A stretch of 64,000 nt of DNA, taken from IMG/VR virus record IMGVR_UViG_3300006921_000009, positions 1 through 64,000 of that record. The stretch is one strand, 5' to 3'. Made by a program: the position numbers and the translations under genes. This DNA is from a virus. Positions 9,150 to 18,336 of the stretch are shown piece by piece. How positions within the stretch are numbered: the first letter of the stretch is position 1; every line of letters starts with the position of its first letter. Under the pieces are notes generated by a model that was given only the letters and a program-made list of their open reading frames with translations, did not search any database and had not been told where the DNA came from.

Positions 9150-12100
9150 ATGGCAAGAAATGTAGTATGTGTCAAGGCTAGCCAACAGGCTGGCTTTGAT
9201 AAGCTAGTGGAGTTACACAAAGGTAACTCTACTTCTGCCTTTCAGGAGTTTGAAGATAATAATTTTCAAGTACCTGATAGAGCAATGGCGTTAGTCCAGG
9301 AAGATGTGACTAACAATAAGTTTGTATTAGAAGATGAAATAGAAGTTAATCCTGTAGCGATAGAGAAATCTAGAGCACTAGCTAAAGCTAAAGCAGCGAT
9401 GACTTCTAAGATTAAGAAGCTAGAAAATACAAAACACAAAGGTCTTAAAGATGTCCGTAAAGAGATGATGGATATTATGGATGAAATAGATGAGGTAGAG
9501 ACTGAAGAAAGTCTTATAGCCTTTGTACAAACCGCTGAGAACTTGAGTAAGTCTGCTGAAAGGTGGATGTCACAGTTTAAGTCTGGTGAGAAAACACCTA
9601 CTCTAGAGAACCTAAGAAGAATTAAAGAAGCTATTACAGCATTTGATTTATTACAGGATCTAAAAGAAGAGTTATTTGAAGAAGGTAAACGTACAGAATT
9701 ATTTGAATCTGTAGATGCAACTACTACGAGGTATGATAAAGTAAACAAAGATTACTTAACATTATCACGTAAAGTACTAGCTAAATCTTTACAGGGTAAC
9801 TTCCATAAAGTTACTAAATTGTATGAAAAGCAAGCAGAGAAGTTGTTTATACAACACAAGCGTCCACACTTAGATAAGGCAGAAATACCACAAGCACAAG
9901 CAGATTTTATTGCTAAGTATATGATAGCCAATGCAACTGACATTGAATTACGTACTATGCAGTACATTGAGAATATGTTATTGCAGTCTATTGATATACC
10001 AGCTTTAGCCTCTTGGGTAGTTAACCCTAAAGATTTGAATAATGATATTATCGGTATTGCTTTAGAGAGTCTAGAAGAAACAGATATGAAGATCTGGAAC
10101 ACTATGGAGACTATTGTAGATGATGTAGAAGAATTGAATGAAGAGTTTATTAACTATGTTGGTAAGACTAGTGATATGAAAGTTCAGTATGAGTTACTTT
10201 TAGAAAAAGATACTGAAACAGGTGAGGTTCTTCCAACAATGATCAATAGAGGTTCCCCAGGATGGCAACAGTTTAAAGCTAAATATGAGTCTGTACCAGC
10301 TGTTTGGAACTTGTATGAGCAATTAGATAAAATGGTTAACGAAAAAAATAAGATGGTTTACCATAGTGCTAGACTAGATTATACTTTACCTATGATTGAA
10401 CAAACAGGTGTAGAGCGTTTATATGACCAAGGTGTTGTTTCTTTTATTAAAGACGGTGTTGGTGATATTTATAAACTAAGAGCTAAAGATGTTGAGTTAG
10501 GTAATATATCTGACGAGCAACTTAACCAATCTAAACTTGATAATGCTACTGAAGTAGAGGATGTTTATATTACTGAAGCAGGTGAAGAAAGAGCTACTAT
10601 ACCTTTACACTATAGAAACACAACTATAGAAGAAGAAAAACAATCTTTTGATGTAATGAGAGCTATGGTATTAGATTATCATAATTCTTTAAAGTTCCAG
10701 GCTAAGACTGAGAACGCAATATTTTTAGATGTACTTAAAGATGTTGTACATGAATCAGATATAGTTGCTACTACAAACTTTGTACAGAAACTAAAAAGAA
10801 ATAAAGAGACAGGACACTTACATACTGAATCACGTGATAAAGTATCTAATTTAGAAGGTGTACTAGAAGCATTGATTAGACATAGAATATACGGTATTAA
10901 GATTGAAGGAGATCCTAAAACTGCTAAGATGATGCAAAGTTTAGCTAAGTATACTTCTTTCCTTACAATGAGTGTAAATACTATGTCAGGTATATCTAAT
11001 ATGCTACACGGTACTACAATGTCTTGGATTGAATCATTTGCTGGACGTGGAGGATATTTTTCTCCTAAAGACAGAGTAAAAGCTGTAGGACAATATAACA
11101 AAGATGTTATAAACATGTTAGCAGATGTAGGTGAAAGAAGACCAAAAAGTAAAGTTAATCTTTTAAATAGAAAGTTTAACATTATGTCAGAATCACATTT
11201 GTTAAATGGTAAATCTTTTGCCCAGAATAATAAGATTAAACGTATTGCTGAAAGTTCAGCCCTTATGTTTGCTAATGGTGCTGGAGAGCATGCTATGCAA
11301 AGTATAGTTATGTTATCTACAATGAATAATATCAAAGTTAAAGATGTTAACGGTAGTTTTTTAAATAAAGAATTTCAACCAACTACAGACAGAAATGAAG
11401 CAATTGGTATTGAAGAAGCAATGTTGAAAAACGAAGATGGAGCTTTAGAATTTCATCCTAGTGTTAACAGTACTGAGCGTACTAAAGGTGTAGGACAAGA
11501 AGACATCACTAAGATATCTAAATATATTAGACGTATTACACGTGACTTATATGGTAACTACGCTGCTGAAGATAAAGCACGTTTCCAAAGACATGCTGCA
11601 GGAGCAATTACTTCCCAGATGCGTGGTTGGTTGGTCACAGGTGTACAAAAACGTTGGAGAGGTTTAGGTGCTACTCAAGCTGGACGTAAAGGTTTTACTA
11701 AAGTAGGAGAGAAGTTTAACATTGATCTTAGTACTGTAGAAGGTTTGCACCAAGCACAGAAACTAAGTTTTAATAATGAGATAGATGACTTTGAAGAAGG
11801 TCAATATGTAACTACATTGTTATTCTTACAGACTGCAAAAACAGAAATTAAAGCTCTACGTTCTTTAGCAGGTACAACGGAAGCGTGGAATTCTATGGAT
11901 GACCAACAAAAACGTAATGTACGTAAGACTGTTATGGAGTTAGGTTTAATTGTAGGTTTCTTATTATTAGCCAATATGTTTGAAGATGATAAAGAAGACC
12001 CGGATGATATAGCAAATATGTATGCTGCTTATGTAACACGAAGAATGTATTCTGAGCTATTTACTTTTGCTAATCCTAGAGAGGCAATGAGAACATTCAG

Positions 12101-12299
12101 ATCACCAGCAATTGCGTTATCTTCTGTAGAGAATGCTCTTGATGTTACAACACAATTGTTTGACCCAACTGCTACATACAAAGGTGGAAGGCACAACAAA
12201 AAGAACAAACTAATAAGGAAAGTTAAGAAGATGATTCCGGTATTAAAACAAATAGACCGTAATGTTGAAGATTCTTACATGTTCTTAAAAAATAGTTAA
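9150..12299 (+). CDS. Large virion cargo (ejected) protein following the vRNAP
   Basis: 1049 aa, helical and coiled-coil rich, hydrophobic segment near the C-terminus (ELGLIVGFLLLANM); position matches the crAss-like giant-protein triad. Confidence 0.65.
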   Translation: MARNVVCVKASQQAGFDKLVELHKGNSTSAFQEFEDNNFQVPDRAMALVQEDVTNNKFVLEDEIEVNPVAIEKSRALAKAKAAMTSKIKKLENTKHKGLKDVRKEMMDIMDEIDEVETEESLIAFVQTAENLSKSAERWMSQFKSGEKTPTLENLRRIKEAITAFDLLQDLKEELFEEGKRTELFESVDATTTRYDKVNKDYLTLSRKVLAKSLQGNFHKVTKLYEKQAEKLFIQHKRPHLDKAEIPQAQADFIAKYMIANATDIELRTMQYIENMLLQSIDIPALASWVVNPKDLNNDIIGIALESLEETDMKIWNTMETIVDDVEELNEEFINYVGKTSDMKVQYELLLEKDTETGEVLPTMINRGSPGWQQFKAKYESVPAVWNLYEQLDKMVNEKNKMVYHSARLDYTLPMIEQTGVERLYDQGVVSFIKDGVGDIYKLRAKDVELGNISDEQLNQSKLDNATEVEDVYITEAGEERATIPLHYRNTTIEEEKQSFDVMRAMVLDYHNSLKFQAKTENAIFLDVLKDVVHESDIVATTNFVQKLKRNKETGHLHTESRDKVSNLEGVLEALIRHRIYGIKIEGDPKTAKMMQSLAKYTSFLTMSVNTMSGISNMLHGTTMSWIESFAGRGGYFSPKDRVKAVGQYNKDVINMLADVGERRPKSKVNLLNRKFNIMSESHLLNGKSFAQNNKIKRIAESSALMFANGAGEHAMQSIVMLSTMNNIKVKDVNGSFLNKEFQPTTDRNEAIGIEEAMLKNEDGALEFHPSVNSTERTKGVGQEDITKISKYIRRITRDLYGNYAAEDKARFQRHAAGAITSQMRGWLVTGVQKRWRGLGATQAGRKGFTKVGEKFNIDLSTVEGLHQAQKLSFNNEIDDFEEGQYVTTLLFLQTAKTEIKALRSLAGTTEAWNSMDDQQKRNVRKTVMELGLIVGFLLLANMFEDDKEDPDDIANMYAAYVTRRMYSELFTFANPREAMRTFRSPAIALSSVENALDVTTQLFDPTATYKGGRHNKKNKLIRKVKKMIPVLKQIDRNVEDSYMFLKNS

Positions 12300-12385
12300 A
12301 ATAAATACTCTAATTTTTCTGAGTCTATAAAGGCTAAATTAAAAGTCAAATTTTTTAAAAGGAGAAAAAGGAGAAAATTAAAAGT

Positions 12386-12432
12386 CAAAAAGGGGAGTAG
12401 TACAATTAAGTATTACTCCCCTTTCTTTGTTT
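12386..12432. terminator. Bidirectional intrinsic terminator between convergent gene blocks
   Basis: AAAAAGGGGAGTAGTAC-AATTAA-GTATTACTCCCCTTTCTTT; A-tract on the left, T-tract on the right. Confidence 0.85.
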
Positions 12433-12469
12433 TATTTTACACTTTATTTAGACATCATAAAGTATTGTA

Positions 12470-12751
12470 TTAAGCTTTTTGATCTTGTAAAAACTTTTTA
12501 ATTTTGTGTAGCATACTAAGTGTAATAGCTAAACCTACACCACTTGCTAATGCATTAACGTCTTCTACTTGGTCTTTAAAGCCAAATGTCCACGAAATTA
12601 TTATTAGTCCATCAAAGAATATCATACCGTATACAATAGGTATAAACCATTGTCTGTATTTCTTTAATCCCATTCTTACTATGTTTGTTATTTGGTAAAG
12701 TAAAACTATTACCGCTAATCCTATAAGGAAATCGTTATATTCTCCTAACAT
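12470..12751 (-). CDS. Small membrane protein (about 3 TM), hypothetical
   Basis: 93 aa with three hydrophobic stretches. Confidence 0.6.
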   Translation of the reverse strand: MLGEYNDFLIGLAVIVLLYQITNIVRMGLKKYRQWFIPIVYGMIFFDGLIIISWTFGFKDQVEDVNALASGVGLAITLSMLHKIKKFLQDQKA

Positions 12752-13057
12752 TTAAAATATTGTTTCTGTTAATAAATAAGCTAATTTGTAACCTGCAAAT
12801 GCTCCTAATGATGCTGGTATAGGAAACATAATAAACTTTCCTAAAGATGTCACATATTTTGGACGGTTAATTACTTTACCTACATAAAAGTAATATAGTA
12901 AATAACCTATAAGTACAGCTATATCTACTCCAGTTGCAATAAATACAATTAGTATAGATCCTAGAAAACCATAAATAAAGTTTTCTGCTCCAGCTATTCT
13001 TAGTTCTTTTCCTGTAGACTCTTTAAGTTCTTTTTTAATCTCTTTTAATTGTTTCAT
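12752..13057 (-). CDS. Small membrane protein, hypothetical
   Basis: 101 aa, multiple hydrophobic segments, abuts both neighbours. Confidence 0.6.
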   Translation of the reverse strand: MKQLKEIKKELKESTGKELRIAGAENFIYGFLGSILIVFIATGVDIAVLIGYLLYYFYVGKVINRPKYVTSLGKFIMFPIPASLGAFAGYKLAYLLTETIF

Positions 13058-13891
13058 TTAAAATATGTATCTAATAGTATCTAAGTTCCAAAACTTTTGA
13101 TACTCTGCCTTAAACATTTGTATACCCTTGCTTTTTAAAGGTAAAGGGTAACGCATTACTCCAGACTGGTTCTTAACTTCATTACTGAATTGCATCATTT
13201 CTTGTGCATCAGCTTCAGCCTTAGCCATCTGGTTTGTATGGTTAGTCATAAATATAACCTCACATAAACTATCTCCTGCTACTTCCTTAACTTCTTGGAA
13301 TAAATCATGATATTCTTTAATAAAGTTATGGTACATAATTACCGGTGAATAGTTAATGTGTACTTCCCAACCTAAGTCTTTTAGTCTATTTATATCTGCT
13401 ATCCTAGAGGATATAGACTGCATTTTAGGTTCTAACACATCAGAATAAGTCTGAGGCATTAAACTTACACGTACACGTGGTGGTTTATTAAAATGATTAA
13501 CATCTAACTTAAGTAAACTAGGGTACTTTGTAGCCATCGTAGAGTTAAGTTGAGGGTGATTGTCATATCTTTTAAGATAATCCATTAGAGGCTCTGGCAT
13601 GTGCTTCTGCATCAATACTAAGTCAGTATTACATGCAATGTCTACCATTGTATATTTAGGATCTTGTTGATCTGGAACTTTTGTGTAATGTGTTTCCCAT
13701 TGAACAACAGAATTAAATATATCCTCTATGTTTTCATTGACAAAGACTCTTTGCCCATTGTGTCTTGCCATATAACAGTATGTGTTTACACAGCCACCAA
13801 AGCATCCGTAGATGACATTGGGAGCTATGCAATTTGCACTATTGTTATTGTCTTTTGTGACAAGGGTTTTTGTTTTTTGTTTTTTAATCAT
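13058..13891 (-). CDS. splB: Spore photoproduct lyase-like radical SAM protein
   Basis: GCFGGCVNTYCY Fe-S motif; DIACNTD aligns with SplB EASCTSD (H-donor Cys); RVRVSLMP..EP..SRI and SPVI motifs. Confidence 0.8.
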   Translation of the reverse strand: MIKKQKTKTLVTKDNNNSANCIAPNVIYGCFGGCVNTYCYMARHNGQRVFVNENIEDIFNSVVQWETHYTKVPDQQDPKYTMVDIACNTDLVLMQKHMPEPLMDYLKRYDNHPQLNSTMATKYPSLLKLDVNHFNKPPRVRVSLMPQTYSDVLEPKMQSISSRIADINRLKDLGWEVHINYSPVIMYHNFIKEYHDLFQEVKEVAGDSLCEVIFMTNHTNQMAKAEADAQEMMQFSNEVKNQSGVMRYPLPLKSKGIQMFKAEYQKFWNLDTIRYIF

Positions 13892-14121
13892 CTTAACGAT
13901 ACTAAGCAGTTAGGACATACAGCAAAATTAGTAGAGTTTAGTTCTACGTCACAGTTAGGACATACTTCTGTGTTTGTATTAACCTTAGTTGTTGTATGAG
14001 ATAAATACACGTCTACTAATTCATAACTACTTGCCTTTGCTAAGTCCAATAAAGCGTCTTTAGAATCAAACTTATTACCGGCTAATTCTAATATCTTATC
14101 AATTATCTCTGTTCTAGTCAT
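13888..14121 (-). CDS. Small zinc-ribbon protein
   Basis: Two CPNC motifs at the C-terminus. Confidence 0.6.
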   Translation of the reverse strand: MTRTEIIDKILELAGNKFDSKDALLDLAKASSYELVDVYLSHTTTKVNTNTEVCPNCDVELNSTNFAVCPNCLVSLR

Positions 14122-14473
14122 TTGCTCTGTTTTTAATTCTTAATTCCTCTAACATATCTAATGTTTCTTGACAATGTATTAATTCTTCCCCGTAAATATA
14201 AACTAACATATTTACTGTAGATTCTGCGTTATCATACGACCCATTAACTTCACCAAAGTTTTCTTTTTCGTATTCTATACATGTTGATATAGCATCAAAT
14301 GCATCAATATCATGTAACTTCAACCACTGTGATGCCGCATAATAGCCGATAATATAATAATCCTCGTTAAACGCATAGAAATGCCATTCTTCTGCATTTT
14401 CTTCTGTTAGGATACCTTCGTTAATGTAATCCTCTATGTGAGCTAAAAGCTCTTCTCTTATTGAATTTTTCAT
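14114..14473 (-). CDS. Acidic protein, candidate Ocr-like DNA mimic
   Basis: 119 aa, about 27 D/E vs 7 K/R; FNEDYYIIGYY motif. Confidence 0.5.
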   Translation of the reverse strand: MKNSIREELLAHIEDYINEGILTEENAEEWHFYAFNEDYYIIGYYAASQWLKLHDIDAFDAISTCIEYEKENFGEVNGSYDNAESTVNMLVYIYGEELIHCQETLDMLEELRIKNRAND

Positions 14474-14565
14474 AGTAATTTTAATTTAATTAATAGTTAA
14501 TTTTCTATAGGCGTCACACGTAGTATTGCTCTACATAAGACCTACATCTTGTGTGACGCTGTAAC

Positions 14566-14676
14566 TTACTTTTTACCTTGTCCCTTATAAGGGTGCTTGT
14601 ATCCAGTTTGTCCTTTAGAAGCATTCTTAGAATGTACTCCTTTTCTCTTTTTCTTAGCTGTTTCTTTTAATGCCAT
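14566..14676 (-). CDS. Unlisted 36-aa basic peptide (MALKETAKKKRKGVHSKNASKGQTGYKHPYKGQGKK)
   Basis: ATG 1 nt after the stop of the upstream gene; K-rich with a C-terminal Y-x-GQG motif. Confidence 0.65.
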   Translation of the reverse strand: MALKETAKKKRKGVHSKNASKGQTGYKHPYKGQGKK

Positions 14677-14677
14677 C

Positions 14678-15190
14678 TTAGTTAATTTTTTTGAACCAAA
14701 TTTTAGCTCTTGATTTATTTGGAATATCTCTAATCATCTTGATTTTTAGATTAACACCGTCATTTTCTAAAACTACAAACTTAGAATCCATAAAGCCTTG
14801 GGCAATAGGTAAGCCTTCATTAGTCATAAAAAATACGTTAGCCTGGTTACCAGGTTCCATTATACCTTCTCTTGATAATTTCCATGGTCCATTGTTATCA
14901 TGGAATGTACTAAGGTATCTACCATCAAACTCCCACTTCTCTGTGTAAGGTAAATCACACTGAAACTTCTTTGGTCCTACTACTTTACCATCAGGTCCGT
15001 TGTATAGCCATTGAATAGCTACTCTCTCCCATTTCCCGTTTAAAGAATTTCCAGAAGCTCTAGTTGATGCACCTGCATCTGCTTCTAATTCAACCCCACG
15101 TACAGGACTTTCCTCTGAAGGAGTTATATCCGCTTTTTTGCATCCTACTAATGCAACTGTCATTATTAATACTGCTAATACTCTAGTCAT
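14678..15190 (-). CDS. Lipoprotein, lipocalin-like domain
   Basis: Signal peptide plus lipobox LVGC-KKAD; LNGKWE motif. Confidence 0.7.
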   Translation of the reverse strand: MTRVLAVLIMTVALVGCKKADITPSEESPVRGVELEADAGASTRASGNSLNGKWERVAIQWLYNGPDGKVVGPKKFQCDLPYTEKWEFDGRYLSTFHDNNGPWKLSREGIMEPGNQANVFFMTNEGLPIAQGFMDSKFVVLENDGVNLKIKMIRDIPNKSRAKIWFKKIN

Positions 15191-15202
15191 TACTGTTATT
15201 TA

Positions 15203-15619
15203 TTATTGGTTATTTGTTAAATACCTCTCTAAGCCAGCTAACGCCCTCCAGCATACTTTCGCGAGGTGTAACTGACCATCATCATCAATAGGATTTTCAT
15301 TGTGATCTATTAGATGTCTTAAGAGTGCATCATACTCATCTTTACTCTTACTTTTGTCCCAATGTAACGGGGTTCCAGGATGATGTTGATCATTTCCTGC
15401 TTTTGATGTCTTGGCAACTTCCTTAAGAGCGTTAGGAAAATACTTAAGTACACCTGAATAAACGGGCATACCTTTTCTTTCCTTAGCTTTATCTTCTACT
15501 TCATTAGAGGCAGTTGATGAATACAAAGTCTCATTATCATAATTATGTATTTCATAGTGATAACCATACTCCTTTGCTGCTTCATCTATATCTCCAACGT
15601 ATATTGAATCTACGTCCAT
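15203..15619 (-). CDS. dATP/dGTP diphosphohydrolase-like domain protein (DUF5664-like)
   Basis: FPNALKEVAK..G..QH..LHW...DALLRHL...HLAKVCWRALA pattern. Confidence 0.7.
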   Translation of the reverse strand: MDVDSIYVGDIDEAAKEYGYHYEIHNYDNETLYSSTASNEVEDKAKERKGMPVYSGVLKYFPNALKEVAKTSKAGNDQHHPGTPLHWDKSKSKDEYDALLRHLIDHNENPIDDDGQLHLAKVCWRALAGLERYLTNNQ

Positions 15620-15879
15620 TAGAAATGAGATTTATATGTTTGTGTAAGCTCATAAATCCACTCAGAATCAGCAGCGTCATCCTCCCATCTAATCTCATCA
15701 GCTCCTGTACCTATCTCTAAATCAGTAAATTCCATTTCTTGATCTATTGCATCTGTATAGACTTCTTCATTGTCAATAAGCCAGTAACCAACTTCGTTAG
15801 GTTGTAACTCATCTGGTACTTCTACTTCTACTTCTACTATTTTGTGATACACTTGACGTGTTGATATTGTTACTTTCAT
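15619..15879 (-). CDS. Acidic hypothetical protein
   Basis: 86 aa, D/E-rich, stop/start coupled to the next gene. Confidence 0.6.
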   Translation of the reverse strand: MKVTISTRQVYHKIVEVEVEVPDELQPNEVGYWLIDNEEVYTDAIDQEMEFTDLEIGTGADEIRWEDDAADSEWIYELTQTYKSHF

Positions 15880-15898
15880 CTGTTTTGTCGTTAAATAC

Positions 15899-15920
15899 AG
15901 GGGAGATATTTCACTCCCCT
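15899..15920 (-). terminator. Hairpin downstream of nrdJ (terminator-like)
   Basis: AGGGGAG-N8-CTCCCCT; weak U-tract. Confidence 0.5.
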
Positions 15921-15936
15921 TATATTAATTTATAAA

Positions 15937-17841
15937 TTATTTAACTGGACAAGCTCCGCCTTCACAAGCTGCTGCTTCATCCATTCCGTCAACATTAATG
16001 TTAACAGAGTTAATAGGTCTTGTTCCTACCGTAAGACGAGTATATTCCTCTTTAGAAATAGTCTCATACGGAGCTTGAACAAACCCGTGACCAGTATAAA
16101 GTAAGAAAGATACTGTTTTAACATTAGTTTGGTAGTTAGTTGCTAACCATTCTTTAATGTCATTTAGTTCTTCTTTCTTATAATAAACTGTAACTGATAC
16201 TGAATTGTCAGACCAGTTAGTTTGTAACCACTTAACCAACTCTAGTTGATCAATAGCACTAATGTTTCCACCAATTGGTGTAGTTTCTGGAACACTACAT
16301 GGAAATTCTGCTACCATTGTAGAGTTATCCATAGTTCCATCAAACATCTGCTGTGGTTCTACGTTGTAACCATGTGCTTTACATACTTCAACCAGAGGAG
16401 AATCACTTGCAATACGTATTCTACGTAAATAGTAAGGTCCTGCTGGAGATGGATGACCACCTGGAGTTACACCGGCTAATAAACTTAGCGTACCACTTGG
16501 CTTAACCGTGGTCAACTTAACACTAGGACTAAATCCATGTGCTGCTGAGTACTCTTTGTCATACGCTCTGATATAGTTGTAACCATCTGACAACCAACCA
16601 CGTTGCTCATCAGTTGCTTGGTAAACACCAGTAACGCCAATACCCATTCTCATGTTCTTATGAACAATAGCTTCTGTCTCTTTTAAGTGACATGGTAAAG
16701 CTAAAGAGTGTTTATTAATTCTATAAAGATAAGTCATTACTTTGTAAAACTCTTCTTTAGTTTTGATGTTTGGCAAGAAAATCTCAGCTAAACAACAAGT
16801 TTCCTTGTCTGCTAATGATTGCTCTGCACAAGGGTTGTAACCCTCTACATCTGGATCAGGGTATTGAGTTTCCCCAATACGACCAATCTTTCTTGATAAG
16901 TCTAAGTTAATAAGACCATAAGGTTCTCCTTGCTCATAAGTATCCCAGAAAAGCTGAGGTAACTTAGTAGCATCTGGACAAACAACTGAGTTGTTAGACA
17001 TTGCTCTCCAATTTGGAATAGCACCTAAATCCCAACGCTTTGCTTGTAAGAATTGCTCATCGTCATAATCACCAAGTGCAATTTGTGCAGAACGTCTTAC
17101 GTTACCTGCAACAACTATTTGCCCGATGATATTCATAATATCTAGACAATCAATAGGTTCTAATTTAGTGTTAGCACGTTTATTTAATATATTGTGTATT
17201 TGGTCTAAACCTTCACATAATACTTCTGGTCCACTTGCTGTACCACCAAATCCCTTAATAGGAGCACCTTTACCACGAATTAAGATAGTACTATAAGTAA
17301 ATCCTTTACCACTATAAAAGTGAGCTTTAAGTATTTTACCCAGTAACTGAATCCATCCTTCTCTAGTATCTGGTAAGATAAAATCTGCATCATTAGTATC
17401 TTGTCTAACAATTTCTATCTCTCCTTTTAGTTTAGGTAGTTGATATACATTCTTCTTTTGAATATTGTAACCTACACCTGAACCTAACATTAACGCATCC
17501 ATAGCCCAAGTAAATGGTCTAACTGGCTCATCAACGTTTGTAAAAGCACAATTCTGTAAACTTAGTAAACCTAATTTATCTACAGTTTTTGTACCTAATT
17601 GCCACCAAAATCTACCTGCTACTGAACCTTTAAGGTTTAATAGGATGTCTGTAAGTTCTGATTGCTCTGTAGCACTAAAGTTACATCCAAGTTGATCATT
17701 AGCTGCGTTAACAACTCTTGATACTGTATCTGGAAATTCCTCTGTTGCTGAATTTACATCACTCTCATCTAAACGACGTGAGTATGTACGCTTGTAAGTT
17801 AAATAACCTACTTCTCCCCAAGGGGTTTTTGTTTCTGACAT
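15937..17841 (-). CDS. nrdJ: Class II (adenosylcobalamin-dependent) ribonucleotide reductase; probable start MSETKTPWG at 17841
   Basis: GYNPCAEQ catalytic motif, LQNCAF, TTVKPSGT, C-terminal CEGGACP; no NrdB partner nearby. Confidence 0.93.
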   Translation of the reverse strand: MSETKTPWGEVGYLTYKRTYSRRLDESDVNSATEEFPDTVSRVVNAANDQLGCNFSATEQSELTDILLNLKGSVAGRFWWQLGTKTVDKLGLLSLQNCAFTNVDEPVRPFTWAMDALMLGSGVGYNIQKKNVYQLPKLKGEIEIVRQDTNDADFILPDTREGWIQLLGKILKAHFYSGKGFTYSTILIRGKGAPIKGFGGTASGPEVLCEGLDQIHNILNKRANTKLEPIDCLDIMNIIGQIVVAGNVRRSAQIALGDYDDEQFLQAKRWDLGAIPNWRAMSNNSVVCPDATKLPQLFWDTYEQGEPYGLINLDLSRKIGRIGETQYPDPDVEGYNPCAEQSLADKETCCLAEIFLPNIKTKEEFYKVMTYLYRINKHSLALPCHLKETEAIVHKNMRMGIGVTGVYQATDEQRGWLSDGYNYIRAYDKEYSAAHGFSPSVKLTTVKPSGTLSLLAGVTPGGHPSPAGPYYLRRIRIASDSPLVEVCKAHGYNVEPQQMFDGTMDNSTMVAEFPCSVPETTPIGGNISAIDQLELVKWLQTNWSDNSVSVTVYYKKEELNDIKEWLATNYQTNVKTVSFLLYTGHGFVQAPYETISKEEYTRLTVGTRPINSVNINVDGMDEAAACEGGACPVK

Positions 17842-17848
17842 GTTTAGT

Positions 17849-18334
17849 TTATTTACCTGTACTACCAAAGCCACCTTCTCCTCTCTCTGTATCACCTAAT
17901 GATTTTACAGGCTTAAAAGAAAATTCATTGACTTTTTCAACCCACATTTGAGCAACTCTATCTCCTACTTTATAAGGAAATGCTGCGTATATTAAACGTG
18001 GTTGTTTTAGTTCTTGTGCTCCGTAGCCAGTCTGTGTTAATACTTTTGTTGGTATGCCTCTGAACTTCAACATCCATTCTCCTCTGTAATCAGAGTCAAT
18101 TTGTGCTGGTGAGTTCTGCATTACCCAGTAAGCCTTAGTAAAAGAACTTCTAGGTGCAAGACATGCTTTGTATCCTTTAGGAATTGCTGTAGCAAAACCT
18201 AATTTAACAACTGCTTCATTACCTCCAGGTGTATACTCTATTTCTGTAGCTATTACATCTACACAAGCTGCTCCAGGAGTAGCTAATGTAGGTAATACTG
18301 CTGCATCGTGCAGTCTTTTAATTTCTACTTCCAT
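17849..18334 (-). CDS. dut: Trimeric dUTPase
   Basis: APRSS, IDSDYRGE, GDRVAQ, RGEGGFGSTG motifs. Confidence 0.95.
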   Translation of the reverse strand: MEVEIKRLHDAAVLPTLATPGAACVDVIATEIEYTPGGNEAVVKLGFATAIPKGYKACLAPRSSFTKAYWVMQNSPAQIDSDYRGEWMLKFRGIPTKVLTQTGYGAQELKQPRLIYAAFPYKVGDRVAQMWVEKVNEFSFKPVKSLGDTERGEGGFGSTGK

Positions 18335-18336
18335 AA

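Noticed and set aside
12336-12390. Short repeats AAATTAAAAGTCAAA x2 and AAAGGAGAAAA x2
   Set aside because: Low-complexity A-rich sequence next to the terminator; no supportable function.
15203-15619. 2-aminoadenine (Z) genome pathway
   Set aside because: No PurZ or other base-modification enzyme is in the window; this domain alone is insufficient evidence.
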